From Ruditapes philippinarum (taxonomy: Eukaryota), in the NCBI RefSeq assembly GCF_026571515.1, contig NW_026866518.1:434001-498000 (forward strand): a DNA stretch of 64,000 nucleotides. Direction: 5' to 3'. The notes beneath the pieces were generated by a model. It worked only from the letters and a program-made list of their open reading frames with translations. It searched no databases and was not told the DNA's origin. Made by a program: the position numbers and the translations under genes. Positions 62,804-64,000 of this stretch are shown here, piece after piece; within the stretch, counting starts at the first letter, position 1, and every line of letters starts with the position of its first letter.

Positions 62804-64000
62804 CCTGGGATTGAGAAGCTGACACTGTATGGCTAAGTCACTGTTCCCTACCTTTAGAGACCCTTATCAGTCGAGCAAGCAGGTCCATTTGAATAGACAT
62901 AAAAATTTTGTCCTGTTTCTTATTTGTTACTATGAAGGCTGATAAAGAAGTTGCAAGTCTTTTGAGGAAAGATTTGAATTTTGCAAAACTTTAACCAAGT
63001 TCACAAAGGGCCATAATTATGTCAACATCTATACTAGAGATATGGACCTTGGATAGTAACCCAGAAGACATGTGTTAAGTCTTAAGTGAAATCATTAGGT
63101 AGTTTTGAAGATTGATGATACATGCTTATTTTTTTACAAGGAATTTTCTAAAGGTCACAAAGGGCCATTATTCTGTCAAAAGAGTTATGGGCCTTGGATA
63201 GTGACCTCCTTTGTGATCTCATATTGTAAAGTTACAAGCAAATAGTTGCATGTAAAACTTTAACCAAAGTGTTACACTGATGTAACAGGTCAGTAAAATA
63301 GTCAGTTGTGCTAGAAAACTGTGAGAAGATTCTAAACAAACTCCCTGAAAATTTTGGACCATCAATAATAAAACAATTTACTTAGTTCATTTTAATTTAT
63401 TGAACAGTAAATTTCAACAAATATGAAAAATCAATTGCACAAATATAGCATATCTAAGTAATGAATAAAAAAAACCTTTTTACTTGTACATATGTATATT
63501 CAAATACATGTATTAAACAAATAAAATCCCCAACAATATATCATTCTTTGTACAATTAGTCTTAGCACACATAATCTTAATTCCAGCAAGACTGTGCCTA
63601 TTTAAAGCGTTAAATTTCTAAAACTGCATGTACAATTGAAATATATGTAAATTACAAAAACATATTTCAAGCATTCCAAAAGATAGATAAATATAAACTG
63701 TACATGTAAATTTATCATGTAATAGTATTCTGTATAATAAGATATTAATTAAAACACCGACAAAGACTTCCTATTAAAGAGGATAGTTAGAATTGAACTG
63801 TTATACAGTATATACTATTAAATGACATGTAACACTTTTTTACCTATATTCTGTACCTATATTCTGTTGAATATAGGTAAAGGAAAAATCTTGTTTTACA
63901 ATGATTTTGGAAATGTCCATTAATGACTGGAAAAATTTCAATGTAAAAACAAAAACAGCCTTATCACACTTTATTTATAGTAAATAGCACACCAAGTTAC

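Noticed and set aside
1-64000. A coherent novel multi-gene system or horizontally acquired island
   Set aside because: The genes are functionally unrelated, spliced and host-like. I saw no transposase, reverse transcriptase, viral or bacterial ORFs.

Overview
AT-rich, intron-containing animal genomic DNA, most likely from a bivalve mollusc (inferred from a secreted C1q-domain gene, tRNA-head SINEs and Helentron-type elements with internal satellite arrays). I assembled six spliced protein-coding models by hand from GT-AG junctions with matching phases. They are: the 5' part of an RDH11/12-type short-chain dehydrogenase (- strand, runs off the left edge); a 682-aa low-complexity orphan; a 294-aa secreted coiled-coil/C1q protein; a 1097-aa three-SH3 Dlish/Vamana-like protein; MRPS15 (314 aa, - strand); and PACRG (246 aa), which sits head-to-head with MRPS15 with only 243 bp between the start codons. 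There is also an intron-containing tRNA-Lys(UUU) with a Lys(CUU)-like body, many MITEs, SINEs and Helentron-like elements, three tandem arrays with higher-order structure, a 134-N gap, and a stretch that looks unpolished (about 53-54.5 kb). I found no convincing multi-gene novel system. The best leads are the hybrid intron tRNA, the MRPS15-PACRG bidirectional promoter, the expanded Dlish-like protein and the orphan disordered protein. All homology calls are from memory of the families, not from searches.
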